A DNA stretch of 57,394 nucleotides, the filler included, from Streblomastix strix (taxonomy: Eukaryota), in assembly GCA_008636045.1 (NCBI GenBank). It is 3 parts of 3 records of this genome, joined end to end, with 100 filler letters (N's around TTAATTAATTAA, not from the genome) between each part and the next. Parts side by side here need not be neighbours in the genome. Positions count along the whole stretch, not along the records: positions 38,336 to 57,394 come from SNRW01000549.1; 2 more parts are not named here. The stretch is one strand, 5' to 3'. The translations under genes were made by a program, and so were the position numbers. Under the pieces are notes generated by a model that saw only the letters and a list, made by a program, of their open reading frames with translations, did not search any database and was not told the DNA's origin. The stretch's first letter is position 1. Each line of letters opens with the position of its first letter. This document shows positions 38,336 to 53,520 of this stretch, piece by piece.

Positions 38336-41179
38336 ACTGATGCTCCACTTGTTGATTTACAGCCTACAATTACACTTTCAGCTCCTACCCAAGTTGCAGA
38401 AATATAAGACAAAAAATCAAAGCCAAAAGCTAAAGCAACTAAAACTAAAGGAAAAGAAGATGAATCCAAAGATCCAAGACCAAATACTCCATAGAATGCT
38501 ATTCAATAAGGTAATATAGAAGGATAAGAATCTATTAACGCTCCTATTGCTACTTATATTGAACCTAAATATGCGAGTGCATCATAAGTTGTAGAGGAAG
38601 TGAATAAAATAATAGCTCCAAAACTTGTTGGATAAATTGTAACAGAATTGCTTGAAATGGATAATATCATTGCATAGCTTATTGCAAAAGAACACATCAC
38701 TGCTCCAACTCCAGGATAACCAAATACAAATACTGATCTTCCATTTATTAACTTAGTATCAATACCTTCAGCTAGTATATCATCACTTGCAGTTGCATCT
38801 GCAGGTTCCTGGAGATCAAGAATTCCTCTTCATTAATTCCTATCACAGAAGTTCCATTCTCAGAGATCACTACCAAAACCATAGTGTCTATTCTTCTATA
38901 ATTAGGATGTCATTCCAGGGAGTTCATTATCATAGACTGGTTTGATTGGAGATAATAAATAAGATTAGAAGAAAGAGACTAAAGTAAAAGAAGGGAAAGG
39001 AAAAGAATAATAAATTGTATCTGAGAATAAATCTAATCTAAAAGCTATGCTCATATCATTTGGAGACTCAATAAATCCAGCTGAATAACTACCTATTCCT
39101 TCTCTTCCTGGAGCAATAGTACTACCAATGAATCCAGATACCAATGCTTAATAATAATAACTATAAACACCAACAGTATCTGGAGATCGACCAACATCTG
39201 GAAAAGACAAGAAAGGATAAAAGAAGAAGGATAAAATAGATCCTAAAGATGGAGTTCCTCCTTAACCTCAATTAAAAGACACACCAGTTAAGAAATAAAC
39301 AACTGTTTAACCTGTTATTTAAGAAGAAGGAATAATATAAGGAGAATAATTGTATGTTGTTGATGGAGAGAAAGATATACAAATTGAGAAACCAAAAGAA
39401 ACATTGAAATTAGCGACTCCACCAGAAGAATCAACAATAATACAACAGAAACTGAGCACCTCCTTATTCCAATCATTCTTGAATGGTATTAGTCGAGTAC
39501 TGGATGTTAAAGGAATACCTGGATCTACATCATCATCTATTGTTGCACGTGTTCCAGGGTTTCCATTCAGCTAATTACCATTTGAAGAGATATTTAGTGT
39601 TATTGAAGATGGAGGAAGAGAATCATTTGCAACAATTAGCTCATAGATATACTCTCGTATTATTAACAATAAAGTTCCATTCCCTGTTTCATTGACTGTT
39701 GATGTTTCTGCTGACATCATTTTTGTTCCTGGAATCAATGGATTTGTTATTTCTGGGTCTAAAGTGAGTTCAATTGATGAAGTTGCTGCTTAATTCAAAG
39801 ACTGGATTCATATGAAGAAGCTCGTTGAGATTCAATCTCGTCAAACAGACACTTCCATTTCTCCAGATTAACAACCATAAAATTCTTTCTCACTCAAAGT
39901 AACCTAATTGCACACCCCACTTCCTCTTCCACCTTTAGAATAAGCTTATAATGTGACATCTGATACTCCATTACCATTTGCTAATATGTGGAGGAAGATT
40001 CTCTCACTTGATATACAACCTCTTACATCTGCATCATTGACTCAATACAGTTCTATTCCTCTATATCCATTTGTACCTCCTAATAATTAAACACTATATA
40101 TTCTATTGTTTGCATAATTCATCGCAAGTTAATAACCTCCAATAACTGAAGAATAACCAAACAGTTTATATTCAGCGTTAATAGAAGCAGTATCAAGCTT
40201 AGGACCTAATATATCCAGTGCACTTAATCAGATTGCATTAGAAGGGGGCGAACTTGAATTTGGTGATCCATAATCATTATTTGCGATTCAACCTCCTGAA
40301 CCAGAAAAAGTAGAATCTCCTCCACTGCACAGATTTGGCATTGAACCTTCAGTGCTATATTTCTCACTCCATGAATTTGGCACACTTACTGACCTATTCA
40401 ATACAATATAGAGGATCAGAGAAGAGAGAAAGAGAAGAGTCATTGGAATTAGATATGAAGTAGAGAGGTTGAAGTAATTAAGAGAAGATTGGGAGTAGAA
40501 AGAATAACAGGAAAGAGAAAGAATAGAGAAAGATAGAATTCAAAGAGAGAAAGAAGAAGCAGAAAGAGAAGAATAACAGAAAGGCGAAGAAGATAAGGAT
40601 AAATAATAGAAGAGTAAATAAGTAACAGATAAGAAAGGAACTGGGAAAAGTGGAGGTAAATCTGGAGATAAGGAAGAAAAGAAAGAAGAAAAAGTAGTTA
40701 AAAAAGAAGAGAAGAAGAAAGATGATAAAAAGAAGGATGATAAGAAGGATGATAAGAAGAAGAAGGGTGAAAAGAAAGAGGTTGTTCAAATTGAAGAAGA
40801 AGTTGATCCAGTTTGATTTGATATTAACTATTTTATTGATTTATTATTGTTTGTTTTATTTTATTCAGTTCCAATTTGAATATAGAGAAGAATGTCTGAC
40901 TAGATATCTACTTGTTCTTCTCAGAAACAATGAGAATGTCCAAATTGAACTCGTAACTGGTGCATCTAATATAACACCACTGGATGCTGATGTGGTTTGA
41001 TGAAATAATTCATTTTTATTGTTATTTTATATTCTCTATTTATTTTGTAGGCTGTATCATTAGGTGTGTAATCAATTAGACTTCCTCTCCCAACAACATC
41101 TGCAGGCGCAGCCAAACTCAACAGACTTGTGGAAATCGAAGATGAATTAGAGGCTGAATCCAAGAAGTAGAAGAAATGA
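38336..41179 (+). CDS. Large hypothetical protein (5' truncated) with K/E/D-rich C-terminal region
   Basis: Continuous code-6 frame from the contig start to ~40811, two short GT-AG introns (~40812-40868, ~40995-41050), ending AESKKQKK*. Confidence 0.8.
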
Positions 41180-41367
41180 AGATATGAGTAAAGTTAATGC
41201 ATGTTATTTTCATGTCATTTTTTTACAAACAAATCCTTTTCTCTCTTTTGTCAAAATAAAAACTTGTTCAATCTAATTCAATCATAAATATCTTCCTTAC
41301 TGTTAAAATTCTATTAAACTGCAAACTCCTAAATATAACAAAATAAAAAAAAATATTTAAATTAAAA

Positions 41368-44300
41368 TCAGTCTGAAGTGTTTAGTGATCCGCGAGACTC
41401 AGTTCCACTCGCCTGTCTTCTGATTCTGTTATCAATTGCATCGAGTGCGATCTCAATCTCACTAAGCACTTTAATGTACTTGCCAAGGAGTTCAGGAAAC
41501 GCAGAGAAATTGGCGACATAATCTGCCAGAAACAGACCAAGGCGGTTTCTACATTCCAGAAGAAGAGGTCGAACGAGAAGAAGTTCAACGTGGCTACGTG
41601 TGACAATTGGTCTGGTATTTTGAGGGAGGCTGTGCCCAGATGAAAAATCTCCAGTAGTCACTGGAGTTTGCATCGAGAGTGATCTTTTATGTCCAGCTTT
41701 CTTAGTTTAGTTCTCTTCCATAAAACTTTTAGATGTTTCAATCGCTTCACTTTCAGATGAGAAAATCTGTGCTGTTAAAGCTGATGATATCAGAGATGCG
41801 ATTCCTTCAGCAACATCGAATAAATCATTTGAAGCGAATTCTTCAGCTATATCATCATTATTATCATCCTCCTTACCATGAAGATGGAATGCATTATACA
41901 CATTCCCTCTTTTGATCCTCTGACCAGTTCGTGTTGTTATTTTCAATCCATCGAGTTTGTCCTTCTTTTCCTTCTATTCAATAATTAGATGAGGAGGTGA
42001 GACCATTCTTTTGACAATCTCACTTAAGAGGATTATATCAGCTATTAATCTATTCAATCCAATTGGGGTAAGGATTCCTTCTATTATTAATTCTCGTATA
42101 TTATTGAACCCTTCTGATAATGTATACCTTTTGGGGAGTTAATCATCACCTTCTTATTCATCTTGATTTTCATCAGTGAAATTTGCATAATCACATCCAA
42201 TTAAATATCCATATTAATCTCCAGCAGGTTAATATTGAGGTCTTATATTCGGTTTATTTGATATATCACTTTCATCATAACTTGTTGAAAGATCAAGAAC
42301 TTGACTCTCAAGCATGTATCCATTGAAACAACCTTTAGCTATAAGTGCTCTAACAATCCTAATTATGCAGATATATGGGATACCCATCAGCAATAAATTA
42401 TTTTCATTTGATTGGTTATTGTCTTAATTTCCTTCTTCAGATACAGTAGTTGAGAATTAATGTGCTTTCTCTTTACCTCCATTTGCAATACTAAATAGAA
42501 CTCTTGATAGTTGTGACAGCATCAGATATCTATAACCTTACTTCTGATTGACATCTCCAATATTTACAGATGATCTTTCATTGGATGGTTGATATGATAG
42601 TGGTTGTAGTTTGGAGAATGAACTAGCTATATTAAATAAGAATTTTAATAGATCAGGCATTGTATATGTTTTTAATTCTTAGTTTTATTTTCTAATTTAA
42701 TTAATCTGAGATTCGCGTTATTTGTTGGAATTAAAACTCTCTGATAGTTAGTCTATATTATTAGGTAGATATATCTCAGGGAGAATCCAACGAGTGATTG
42801 CTTCATTTTGATATGTAACAGGTTATTGAAGAGGCATTGGTGATGGTTTCCTTGAATTTGATCCTTATTATTTTGGTGTCAATGAATTGGGTGGAACAAT
42901 CGATGCTTATCCAGTTGGTGTTGGTGGATTAGAATCTCTGTGTTATGGAAGTGACATTGTCAGAGATGAATGAACAAGAGGGACCGCATGTAGAATAGAT
43001 AGCGTGTGTACAGATACAATTGAGCACCAAAGGATGAAGTCAATCTGACGTCTAAGCCAACCTCCATATGAGAATGCTGGATCAGAAGCTGGTGGGAATT
43101 TGATCTAATTTTGGAGATTAGATCCGATTCCTGTTGCTGGTTGACTTGAGAATTATAATCCAGGTCGAGATATTAAATATGAATTCTGAGGTGAACCTTA
43201 GGGAGCTAATACAATAATATCTTTAGGTGCTGTTCCAAGATCATATGCATGCCCTTTATCAACTTATTTTCTTTCAGGTGCTTGTTTAGCTGCTGCGAGT
43301 AACAACAATCTATGATGAAGAGACTTTCTAAGCTCTGGATTATGTTATGGATATTGAATAGGTAATCTTAATTGAGATTTCAATCCTACTTTTTATGCAA
43401 CTCCATCCAACTATGATTTCAACCCTACTTTCTAAGCAGCACCTTCCACACCATCAACAACTCTCTATGCAATTCCTTCAGCAACATTCTTCCCTTAGTT
43501 AATCGCACTCTATACTTTATTCATCACATTCTATCCTTATGCTTTAAGAGTATCAGGTCCAGCTTATGCATCAATTTTAATATCAGAGAATATATTTATG
43601 GGTTTATCTTTATTATTTTATGGTGATGGTTATTAGCTTATATTTGAATTTGATTTAGTTATTGGATATGGTTTCATACTTTCAGGAGTATCAGTTCGTG
43701 AAATAGGTTCTGACTTCTCATAGGTGATTTCTTCATATGTCTCTAAATCTTATGCAGACATAATTCTATGATGTCCTTTAATTGATGAATCAGATTATTT
43801 ATTACCAAATTCAGTAATTCCGCTTTTTTATTGTTTGTTCTTAGTTTCTTGGGCAGAGAATGAAATTCCTGGATTTAAATATGATGGATCGCAACAGAAC
43901 ATCCTCTCTCCTGTTTTCAACTCAATTCGATATCCAACTTAATTAGATCCTTCTTTCTAATTCGATATTTATTAGCTACTTCTTATTGTATTGGAATTAT
44001 TTTCCTTATTTATTGATAGTGTAGTAATTGGAAGAATCAAATATTTCTCAGCAGAAGCCTCAGTGAATCTTTGAGTTCCTGATTCCCCAGTGTCAGAAGA
44101 AGATCCAAAGTTAACAGCTGCTTTCACATTCTTTTATCCATCTGAATATTTATTATCTCCTTACTCACTATATGATCCAGATGAAAAGGATAATTATGCT
44201 GATATGTCAAACTTACCACTTTTCTCCAGAGCAACTTGTGCTGCATTGGCTGCAACAACTTAGAAGTCAACCCAGACACATCTCCTTAATTCTTCAAAGT

Positions 44301-45135
44301 TGGACAATGAGATGTCGAAGTTGTTGATTATTTTTTATATCTCATTGAATAAATTAACTCCACTTTCTGCGTTTGATGAATTCATCCCTCCAATTCTAAC
44401 ATTGCCTTGTTTCTGTCTTGGAATTAGTGTATCTAAATCGGAAGTGAATATAATCATCATCTCTAAACCCATTAATATGAGGTCCCTGTCTTTGATATTC
44501 TGAAGTGCCCAACCACTACTCACACTTTCTGAGACTTCGAGTAAATTTGGTTTTGATCCAACTTCTGCTTCTTATTGGATTGGAACACTCAAATCACGAT
44601 TTAATCTCTCCATAAGCTTCTTTCTTCTATATGTTGATACCATACCAGATTATTCCCATAGAAGGAGAACAAGGGGGTCATCAAATACTTGTCTATTTCG
44701 ATATCTTGGAAGAGCAACACTGTCTCCTGAATCTTATAAGATCAGATATTGACTTCCGATCTATTGTGGTGTTTGTGGAGCTATTGATGTGGGAAATTTA
44801 GAAGAAGCTTGTCGTGAAATTGTAGTTGGAGATATTTTCTAATCGGATGAGGATTATCCAGCAGGCATTCGGCAGTTCCAAAGATCAAAAGTTCCTCCTC
44901 TAGCAATCGCAGCGAGCAATTTCTGTACATCCACTTAATCATAATTGAGCTAAACAATAATTTTAGTTTAAATAATAATTAATAAACATAATAAACATAC
45001 TTTTTGTGGATTTCGAAATTAAAACTGTGGAACAGCAGTCTTTTAAGTAGCAAGCCTAAATAAAAAATAAAGATAAATAAATGTGGAATGAGAATAGACA
45101 AACAGTGCTTAAATGAGTAGAGTCTTTTCGCTCAT
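41368..45135 (-). CDS. Large hypothetical protein (~1200 aa)
   Basis: Long code-6 frame ~44950 to TGA at 41368 that joins the listed ORFs 44335-44523, 41707-41946 and 41368-41673; two short 5' introns; start tentative. Confidence 0.75.
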
Positions 45136-45636
45136 CACTGAATTTTTAAAAGAAAAATTATAAGAAAAATATAAGAAAAATAAAGTTATGAACATTAGGG
45201 CATGCACAAAATTTGTTTTTTTATTGAAAAATTAAAGAAATGAAGTATGATTGAAATTGAACAAAATTAATATTGAATGGTTAATTAAAATTATTTATAT
45301 TAAATATTCAACAATTTAATGAGATGAATAAGAGTATTATTGTAGTGTGGATATAGAATAAACTTTTACAGTGTTTTCTCTTTAATAATGAGCTGTTACT
45401 TAACATTTATATACCATTGGAGTTTTGTATTCAAACTCTCTTTGCAAGGTACAAAGCTTGAAAAATAAATTAAACAATTACAACAATTACCAATTATATA
45501 AAATTGAAATTAGTATATTTTATTTATGTGTTTATTATTTCAACTCTTGTTGATTAAAACTCTGTTCATATAATATAGTTTGAAGTGACTATATCAGTGT
45601 GATTAATATCACGTTTATTGACGTGAAACTCTGTCT

Positions 45637-48390
45637 TCACCAATTGTTTTTCTCCATCATTTTGTTCACTGCATCAAGTGTATGACTATTCTGTGGGAAC
45701 TTATTTTCCATTGGTAAATCGCGCGCTCTCATTTCAGGTCCATAAGATCTCGCAGGTTTCGTTGATTTCTTCTGAAAAATATATTAAATGAATAAATTTA
45801 TATTTTTGAATGAATTGAATATAATTATAAAGAAATTTTCATTTTAAATATATTTAAAAATACCTTTTTTGATACGAAAACAGCTACAATTATTATTATG
45901 ATTATAACAGCAGCAATAGCTAAAGCTCCAACAGCAATACCCACAATAATTCCAATTGGAAGACCTTTGCCTTATTCTTCTTATTCCTCTTCTTTTTCTG
46001 GATCTTCTTTATCTTTATCTTAATCATCTACATCCTCTTCTTAAATTATAACTTCCAATTGAACAGCTGCATCATAATCTTCTTCTAAAGTTTTCCCATC
46101 TTTTCCAGTAAAGATGTTTCTATCATTCGAAATCAATATAGCATACCATTTCTATTTGTAATTGAGCAATTTATATTCATTCATTCCAAATGAAGCTTTC
46201 TATTCACTTTCAATTTATTCTTCAATTAAAATTGGAGAACTTGATCCATCTTCTGAGGGATAAATGATCTCATTTGCATAATTACGAAGATTCTTTTGGA
46301 TTTTTAGATTTGAGTTAATGAAAATTTGTTAATGATTAACAGATTAATGTTTTTATGAGATTGGAGATGGTGTTGAATTTTATTTGTTTGGTTTGAAATT
46401 ATTCTTATTATATTATTATTTCATTTCTTCTAAATCTTAATCTATCTCTTCTTATGTTTTATCTCTCAATTCAAATATCTTCACATTCAAATATCCTCGA
46501 ATCATTCTTTATCCTTCAATTTGAAACATTAACTTTCCATTTAGATTTGAAACATTCACTATAACTTATGCATTTTTAAGAATACCCAATAACCAATAAA
46601 GTATAAGTGGTTTTTAATGACGTAAAATTTAACTAGAAGTGGATGTATTAAATGTACTTGTATTCATCGGAATTCCTTCTAAATCATGTTCATTAGAATA
46701 CGTATCACTGTAATTTCCTTTCACATATTCTCCAGCTATTCCATATTTGCATAAATCGGTTATATTGCTCATTACAACATAAGCACTCTATCCAAATTTA
46801 TCAGCTGAATTGTTATATATCTTCATTCCATGCAGATCAATAAGTTTAGTAGATGAATAATAATTTCCAGATCCAGAAATGAAAATTCCTCCTCCGAATC
46901 CAGATTCAGGATAAGATAAAGAATTGTTAGTTATAGATTTACATTCATGGATAAGCACATCTTTGAAAAGAAATGAGCTTTTATTTGTGAAACTTATATT
47001 AATGTAGATTCCTCCACCATTCCCGCGGCTTTAGCATTGATAGAAATAACATGAGTTATCAAGAATCAATTATCCTCCAGTTCTTATATATATAAAAATT
47101 CCTCCTCCACGGTTGGAAGAACAATTTTTGAATGAGGCTTTGTTAATTTCAAAAATTGCATTACTAGAAACTTAAGCTATTAATCCACCACCAAATTATG
47201 CACTACATTATTTGAATTCTAATTCACCAGTAATATTAATTTATATTGTTGAGTCTTCTATTAATAAATATTATCCGCCTCCATAACCTGTTTAACAGCG
47301 ACAGTTATCAAATGATATTTTCCCAGTAATTGTCATCTGCGTTCCAGATTATAATTAAGTAATAAATCCTCCTCCTGCATTTGAATTGCAATTCGTGAAT
47401 GACATCTAATTAATTGTTATTTATCCATATAATTAACATTTAATCACTAATCCTCCTCCTTCACTAGAATTGCATCCTTAAAATTGCATATTCCCTAATA
47501 ATTAGATATCAGTAGTTGATCCAGTAGCATATATATAACAGCCGCCTCCTAATAATGTGCTGGTGCAATCTTTAAATAACCAAGATCCTGCCATTACAAT
47601 TTATCCGTAAATTTGAAAATTCAAGAACATTCCGCCTCCATAATCGCTAGAGCATCTTTCAAATGATATTGAATCTTCAAAAGTCAACTAACTATTCGTT
47701 CCATCAATTATAACATAAATAGCACCCCCTTATGAACCAAGAGCTTTGCAATCTGTGAATGAACATGATCCACAAATTGTAAGTTTTGAGCCAGATTCCA
47801 ATTATGAATAGAATGCACCTCCATAGCTTCCAGATTAACTTTGATTAAAAGATATATTTCTCAATGTTGCAAAAGCTCTGAATTAAAGAAATAATTGTAA
47901 TGCACTTCTATCGTTTAAATATTTGAATCCAATAAAACTGCAGTATGCAATCTCCAATGTATTATATTATAATTATAAGTTTGCATTAATAATGGTATCA
48001 TTTAAATTTGATACTCCAGCCTGTATAGTGAAATTGAGATATTCAAAAAGAGTGCTTCCATTAATACTGAATTTACCACCTTTATTAAACTAAATCTCAC
48101 TTAAAGATGTGCTACTTGAAGGATTATTTGTGAATGTACGCGTTGATGATTATATTGAAGGAATTACAAATAGCGAAGAGAGTGTTGTTTTATCCATAAC
48201 AAATACCTTATAACCAGAATATGAATTAATATTTTCTCCTAAAGTTGTTGCATCTAATGTCTTACAAAGTTAAGATTAAGTACATGCATTTGAATCATTT
48301 CCAGATAAACTAACATAATACTCTACTCCAGTAACATCAAATAAATTATATGATAAGTAGAATATCAACAGAATAATAAGAATGGAGTGA
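45637..48390 (-). CDS. Type I membrane surface protein with parallel beta-helix (pectin-lyase/Pmp-like) repeats
   Basis: Hydrophobic signal-like segment, YYVSLSGNDSNACT..LCKTL start, about ten F..C....GGG(I/A) repeats, acidic stalk, TM GIIVGIAVGALAIAAVIIIIIVAVFV, intron, short tail; ATG not located. Confidence 0.85.
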
Positions 48391-49685
48391 AGATTATTTT
48401 TATTCTTCTAATTATAATGTTTAAGCGATGAATTTTTATTGATTGAAAGAAGACTGATAAAATATGTTCGACAAAATGATTGAAGAAGAGTAAGAAATAT
48501 TGGAAGAATACAAAAAATAGCAAGTTGGAAATTGATAAAGGATAATGATCTGAGCCAGTTGTGTAGAAAACTTTGGTAGATACGAAACCTGGTATAAAGT
48601 TGAATTAAATATTAGAGTTTAAATGAGTCTACGCATGTTTTACCAAAATTAATTCCATTCTCAAATGTTGAGTTTCCTTTAATTGTATTTTCAGTCATTC
48701 TTCTAGGGATAGCTTGAATAACAAAACAGGCAAGCAAAATTAGAACCTATGTGATGATGTTTATAGCACATGCCGAGATACACTGTTTTTAGTTTCGAGA
48801 ACGCTAATTAGCTGTATAATTGAAATAAATGAGTGATATATAAGGAATTCAAATAATATAAAAAATATTATTAAACCTATTGAATGATGCATTATCATAA
48901 TTTTGAAAAGTTCGATAAGGAAAACAAATCGCAAATTTTATTAAAAGAAAAATAATTAGCTATACTTTAAATTAGTTTATTTGAATTTTCAAATTTAACA
49001 TTTTTTAAAAAAAGAATTAGTTTAATAATAAATTATTTGCTCTTTCTAAGTCAATCAATTTTGAAATTGAATTTTTCATTGTTATTTCTATCATCTTCTT
49101 TTAATCTCATCCATAGTATTTGAAGTTTTTTTATCAGATATCTAATACTTAATTACAACTTACTTATCCAATTCGGTTTCATCTTTAAAATTATTTCTCT
49201 TCCTTTTCTGTTGTCAGCTATTAACTTACAAGAAGATTATTGATTTGAAGAGTATTTACCTCCAGAGTAGTTATGTGAAAAAGGAGAGTGCCCCACATTG
49301 AAATATAAAATAAAATAATAATAATATAATAATAAATAATAATAATAAATAATGTAAAATAAATAATAATAATAAATAATGTAAAAGAAAATAAACACTT
49401 TGAACGAGATTATTGAAAGAACAAGATTGATAATGATTAATGAATATGGATGTTGAAGAAGATTAATGATATACGTTATTGATTGATATTCTTGAAATGT
49501 ATGACACTCTCCTTTTTCACATAACAACTTACTCCATTAATTAGGTACGTTAATGGATTTGGTTAATCGAAACCTAAAATATGTTACTGAAAACGTTGAT
49601 GAAAAGCGTTTAATGTTTTAACATAATATATTGAATGATTGATGCGGATTGGGAGTATTGAGTCCTAAAACATCGATGACATCTG

Positions 49686-49806
49686 TGAAATTGGCACGAG
49701 AAAATGGAATCGTTAATGATTGACTTTTGACTGCACCGAGTGCATCGAGTGCATCGAGTCAAAAAACTTTCATCAAAAACTGCTGCCAGCCTGCCATTCT
49801 GCCAGA
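49686..49806 (+). repeat. Left arm of ~120-bp inverted repeat (partner 52438-52557)
   Basis: AAATGGAAT.GTTAATGA.TGACTTTTGACTGCACCGAGTG...CGAGTCAAAAACTTTCATCAAAAAC.GCTGCCAGCCTGCCATTCTGCCAGA matches the reverse complement of 52438-52557 with few mismatches. Confidence 0.95.
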
Positions 49807-49837
49807 TTTGAGACAAATAAATAAAAATAAATAATGT

Positions 49838-52317
49838 TCAAAAGTTGATTTGTTCGCTGATGGCTTCATTAACATCTTCATTAATGTCTTGATCTTCTTC
49901 TTTTTGTCTATCATATAATTTTATTAAATCTTCATTCAATATATGTCCATGTTCGTTTTCCTAATATTGATTTTTATATTTTTTGACATTTATTTTTTAA
50001 AAAAATAGCTGGAATGAATTCTCTTTAACATCATATGGTTTGAATTATAATGCAATAGTGCAAGGCTCCCCTTCTTTAAACGTTTGATAATTTTATAGGA
50101 TTACATCATCAAGTTATGAACATGATGCTCTAAATTTGTCCTTTTTCGCTTCTATGAATGGAACGATTCTTTATTTCCAGCCTTCAAAATTTCTGATCAT
50201 ATAATAAGTAAATAAATTATTGTAAAATTCAATCGTGAAACCGTTAGATAAAGATGTGAAATATTCAACGTCGTCTCTATGAACTGCTTTACATCTACAT
50301 ACAACATAACGCCTATCATTAGTTTCAATCTTTTCAGAGAAATCGTTGATGGTTACCATTATAAAATTCATTACATTTTCAGCTGTTCTACGAGTTTGAT
50401 TTTTTTCATTTATTCTTATTGAGTCATCAGTTATAATCGACTTCAATGCATCCATGTTCGAATATCTCGATTATCTAAAATTTTTAAGTTTATTAGCTAT
50501 TCCAAGGATAATATTTTCGACGACAGAATTAATCTTACCCGTAAATTCATCAATATCTTAAATATTTTTATTTGAATAACCAGCCAATAATTCACATAAA
50601 ACATCCGTGAATATGTTCTTGCCTATATCTTGACTGCCTTACAATATCAGTGCCACCTCTGATTTTACATCTATATTTTATATTACAAATGAAACCCAAT
50701 AAAGTTTATAATTGTATAAATTTTCATCCTCTGCTGCTATTGTTTCATATATTAAAATTAATTAATCATTGTGGAGGTCTTCATCAATAGTAGGCAATTA
50801 TTAATATTTATAACCTTAAAATATATTGAATATTTCAAGGTCTTTTTTAATAAATCTAATTCCTTTCATCATATATAAAGAATTAAATTAATCGCAAACT
50901 TTTTTCAATTATATATTTTTTTTAATTTTCTTTCCTTAGGATAATCTTCTATAATTGTTCATATATTGCAGTTTTATTCATGTAATAAATTTTATATTTT
51001 TCATTGATTGTATCATATTATTTAACTATAAATACTAAGCCATCATCACATGGAGCACATCGTAATATTCTTGCGAAATCTTGAACTATTTATTCAATCT
51101 TTTTATGTACTTTATTTGTTATGTTTTTCTAAATATCTAATAATGAAAAATTATCTTTTAATTCAATTAATTACTAATTTATTTTTATTTACTCATCTTA
51201 TAGTTATTTTGCAAGATAAGGCTTTATAACATCGTTGTAATACTATGGATTATGATATTTAACAATCTTTTATAGAACCCATGGATTAGCTTTCGAATAG
51301 AATCTAGACTTTTTGAGCTCCCAATTTTGAATCTCATTTTCGGTTAAATTATTTTATGTTTAAACTTTATTATAAAAATCATCAACGTATTATTTAATTT
51401 CCTCCTCTTGCAATCCTTCAACAAATACAAGTCCATTTAATCCAGTAAATAAACATAATAACGTTATTTCTCGTTCGACTTTCTAATCATCATTATGTAT
51501 ATATAAATGTTAGATTCCATCAACTAATAAATCAACTAATTCCTTATATATTTTTCTTAATTTTCCGTCATTATTTATAATCGATTTCTCTTCTTCAAAT
51601 TATGCTCTTAAATCTATGCCGTAAATAACTAAGACATCATTTAATGCCGCTTGGTTCTTCTTTTCAAACGTATTATTTAAGTCCTCATATTTTAAAGTTT
51701 TCCTGTAATTATTTTCTTTATTTCTATATGTTGATTTCGGAAGAGCAACAAGTCTTTAATTTTCATCGATTCGTGCAAATATATCAACATCAAAGTTTTC
51801 AGTTTTAATGATTTTTGATTTATGAATTATTTTTTAATGAATATCCATCTCTATCGGAATATATATAATCCTCCATGAGCTATCTTAACGAGTCCAACAT
51901 TAAAAGATAAATTTTCAATAATTTTATTTCTAATTTCTGTTATTTTTTCATCTGATAAATCTTTTTTGATATCAAAATCCATTACGCATAATTAATCATC
52001 ACATTTGTCTAAATCAACTGCTGAACCTGTTTTTGAACTTTTTTTCAATATGTATGTTTCTTTTAATTATATAATGGAGTGATTCTGTCTTTGATATTTT
52101 GGCAAATAGTTAAATTATTATATTTCGAATTATTTTCTGACATATTTATTTGAAGAGCTAAAAATATTCCATTAATTTATCTCTTTTTCTTTTGTTCATC
52201 AGTCATATTACCTGTTATTTCTGTTGGATATAATTCATTGATTATTTAGCTGGTTTGACTGATTGATGGATTCTAATTGCCGACACATCCGACAGATTCA
52301 AATTCTTTTCTTGCCAT
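49838..52317 (-). pseudogene. Primpol (AEP) fused to D5-like SF3 helicase, frameshifted
   Basis: LCVMDFDIKK, NVGLVKIAHGGL, LILQGSQDIGKN (Walker A), IRINEKNQTRRTAENVMNFIMVT, NDRRY; frameshifts near 51860 and 50000. Confidence 0.9.
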
Positions 52318-52437
52318 TTATTTCCTGTTAAAAAAGTTGAATTTAAAAAAAACTCATTTATTTTTAAATATTATTAAATTTTTATTTATTATTTTTTTTA
52401 TTTGGAATAAATTTATTTTTATTAATGTTTTTTCACT

Positions 52438-52557
52438 TCTGGCAGAATGGCAGGCTGGCAGCTGTTTTTGATGAAAGTTTTTGACTCGATGCCCTCGGTA
52501 CACTCGGTGCAGTCAAAAGTCATTCATTAACTATTCCATTTATGCGTGCCAAAATCA
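52438..52557 (-). repeat. Right arm of ~120-bp inverted repeat
   Basis: Reverse complement of 49686-49806. Confidence 0.95.
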
Positions 52558-52927
52558 TACACTTTTATATTGCAAAATTGGTATGCATCAACTGATAAAG
52601 ATTTCGATTTAAACATCATTTTTGAATTCTTCATATCAACATTATACATAAACATCATTCTCAAGTCAATCAGAAAACATAAATGTTTTGACTTATTTTT
52701 TAGCTTAAATTTTTTACATTCACTATATATAAAAAATAAATAATTAATAAATAAAAATATAAATTCATTTCAATGAAAATCTAAAATCATTTGATAATCA
52801 ACAATATATACAATTCATATGCGCTGATTCCGAATATGAACTTTTTAGCTCAATCTGGAACTGTTGCTGTATGAGAATTATAGGTTTTATTTAACATGAA
52901 TAATTAAATATTTTTATTATGATTAAA

Positions 52928-53488
52928 ATGAAAAGTCTAACTATTCCAGAAGTAGAACCATAATTTGAAAAGAAAATTGACCCATTTTAGCAACAATTTT
53001 AGCAACTATTTCTGCAACATGATATCGGATGTGAAACGCCAACCTTGTCAGCTAGGCGTTAAAGTTCAATATTTGAAGAAACTTTAACTCCAGACCCTTC
53101 AGTGTATCGTTGGCTGTTGGATACCATTAGTGAAGACGAACATATGGTAAAAGAATCAGCGCATTTCGAATTATCTGAAAATTTATTGATTCAGGTTGTT
53201 GCCTACACTTTTGACGTCCCTGAAAGTTAAATTTAATTGAGTATAGAGGACAAAGGTAATTGTGGAAGATTTTGCAATGACTCAACTTAAACATTAAATG
53301 AGTTATTAATTGGGAACGTAAATATATTAAAGTTAAACGTCGAAAATGTAATTTTAATATGGGATAACTATAAAATTTGCTTATAAAAAATAAGAAAAAT
53401 TACATGTACTTTAGATTTAGGAGAAATATCAAGTAAAATAATTAGTGCAGTATTTAAAGGATTAATGACAGTGTTAAGTAAAATTTGA
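52928..53488 (+). CDS. Hypothetical protein (186 aa), probably element-encoded
   Basis: Intact intronless code-6 ORF MKSLTIPEVEP...KIISAVFKGLMTVLSKI*, with a TATTTTT..AAAATG leader like the viral genes. Confidence 0.65.
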
Positions 53489-53520
53489 TGCTATTAATAA
53501 ATTATTTTTATTTTTATAAA

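Noticed and set aside
49266..52557. Helitron/Helentron assignment based on subterminal inverted repeats
   Set aside because: The encoded protein is AEP primpol plus SF3 helicase, not HUH Rep plus PIF1, and no CTRR end with a short hairpin is seen.
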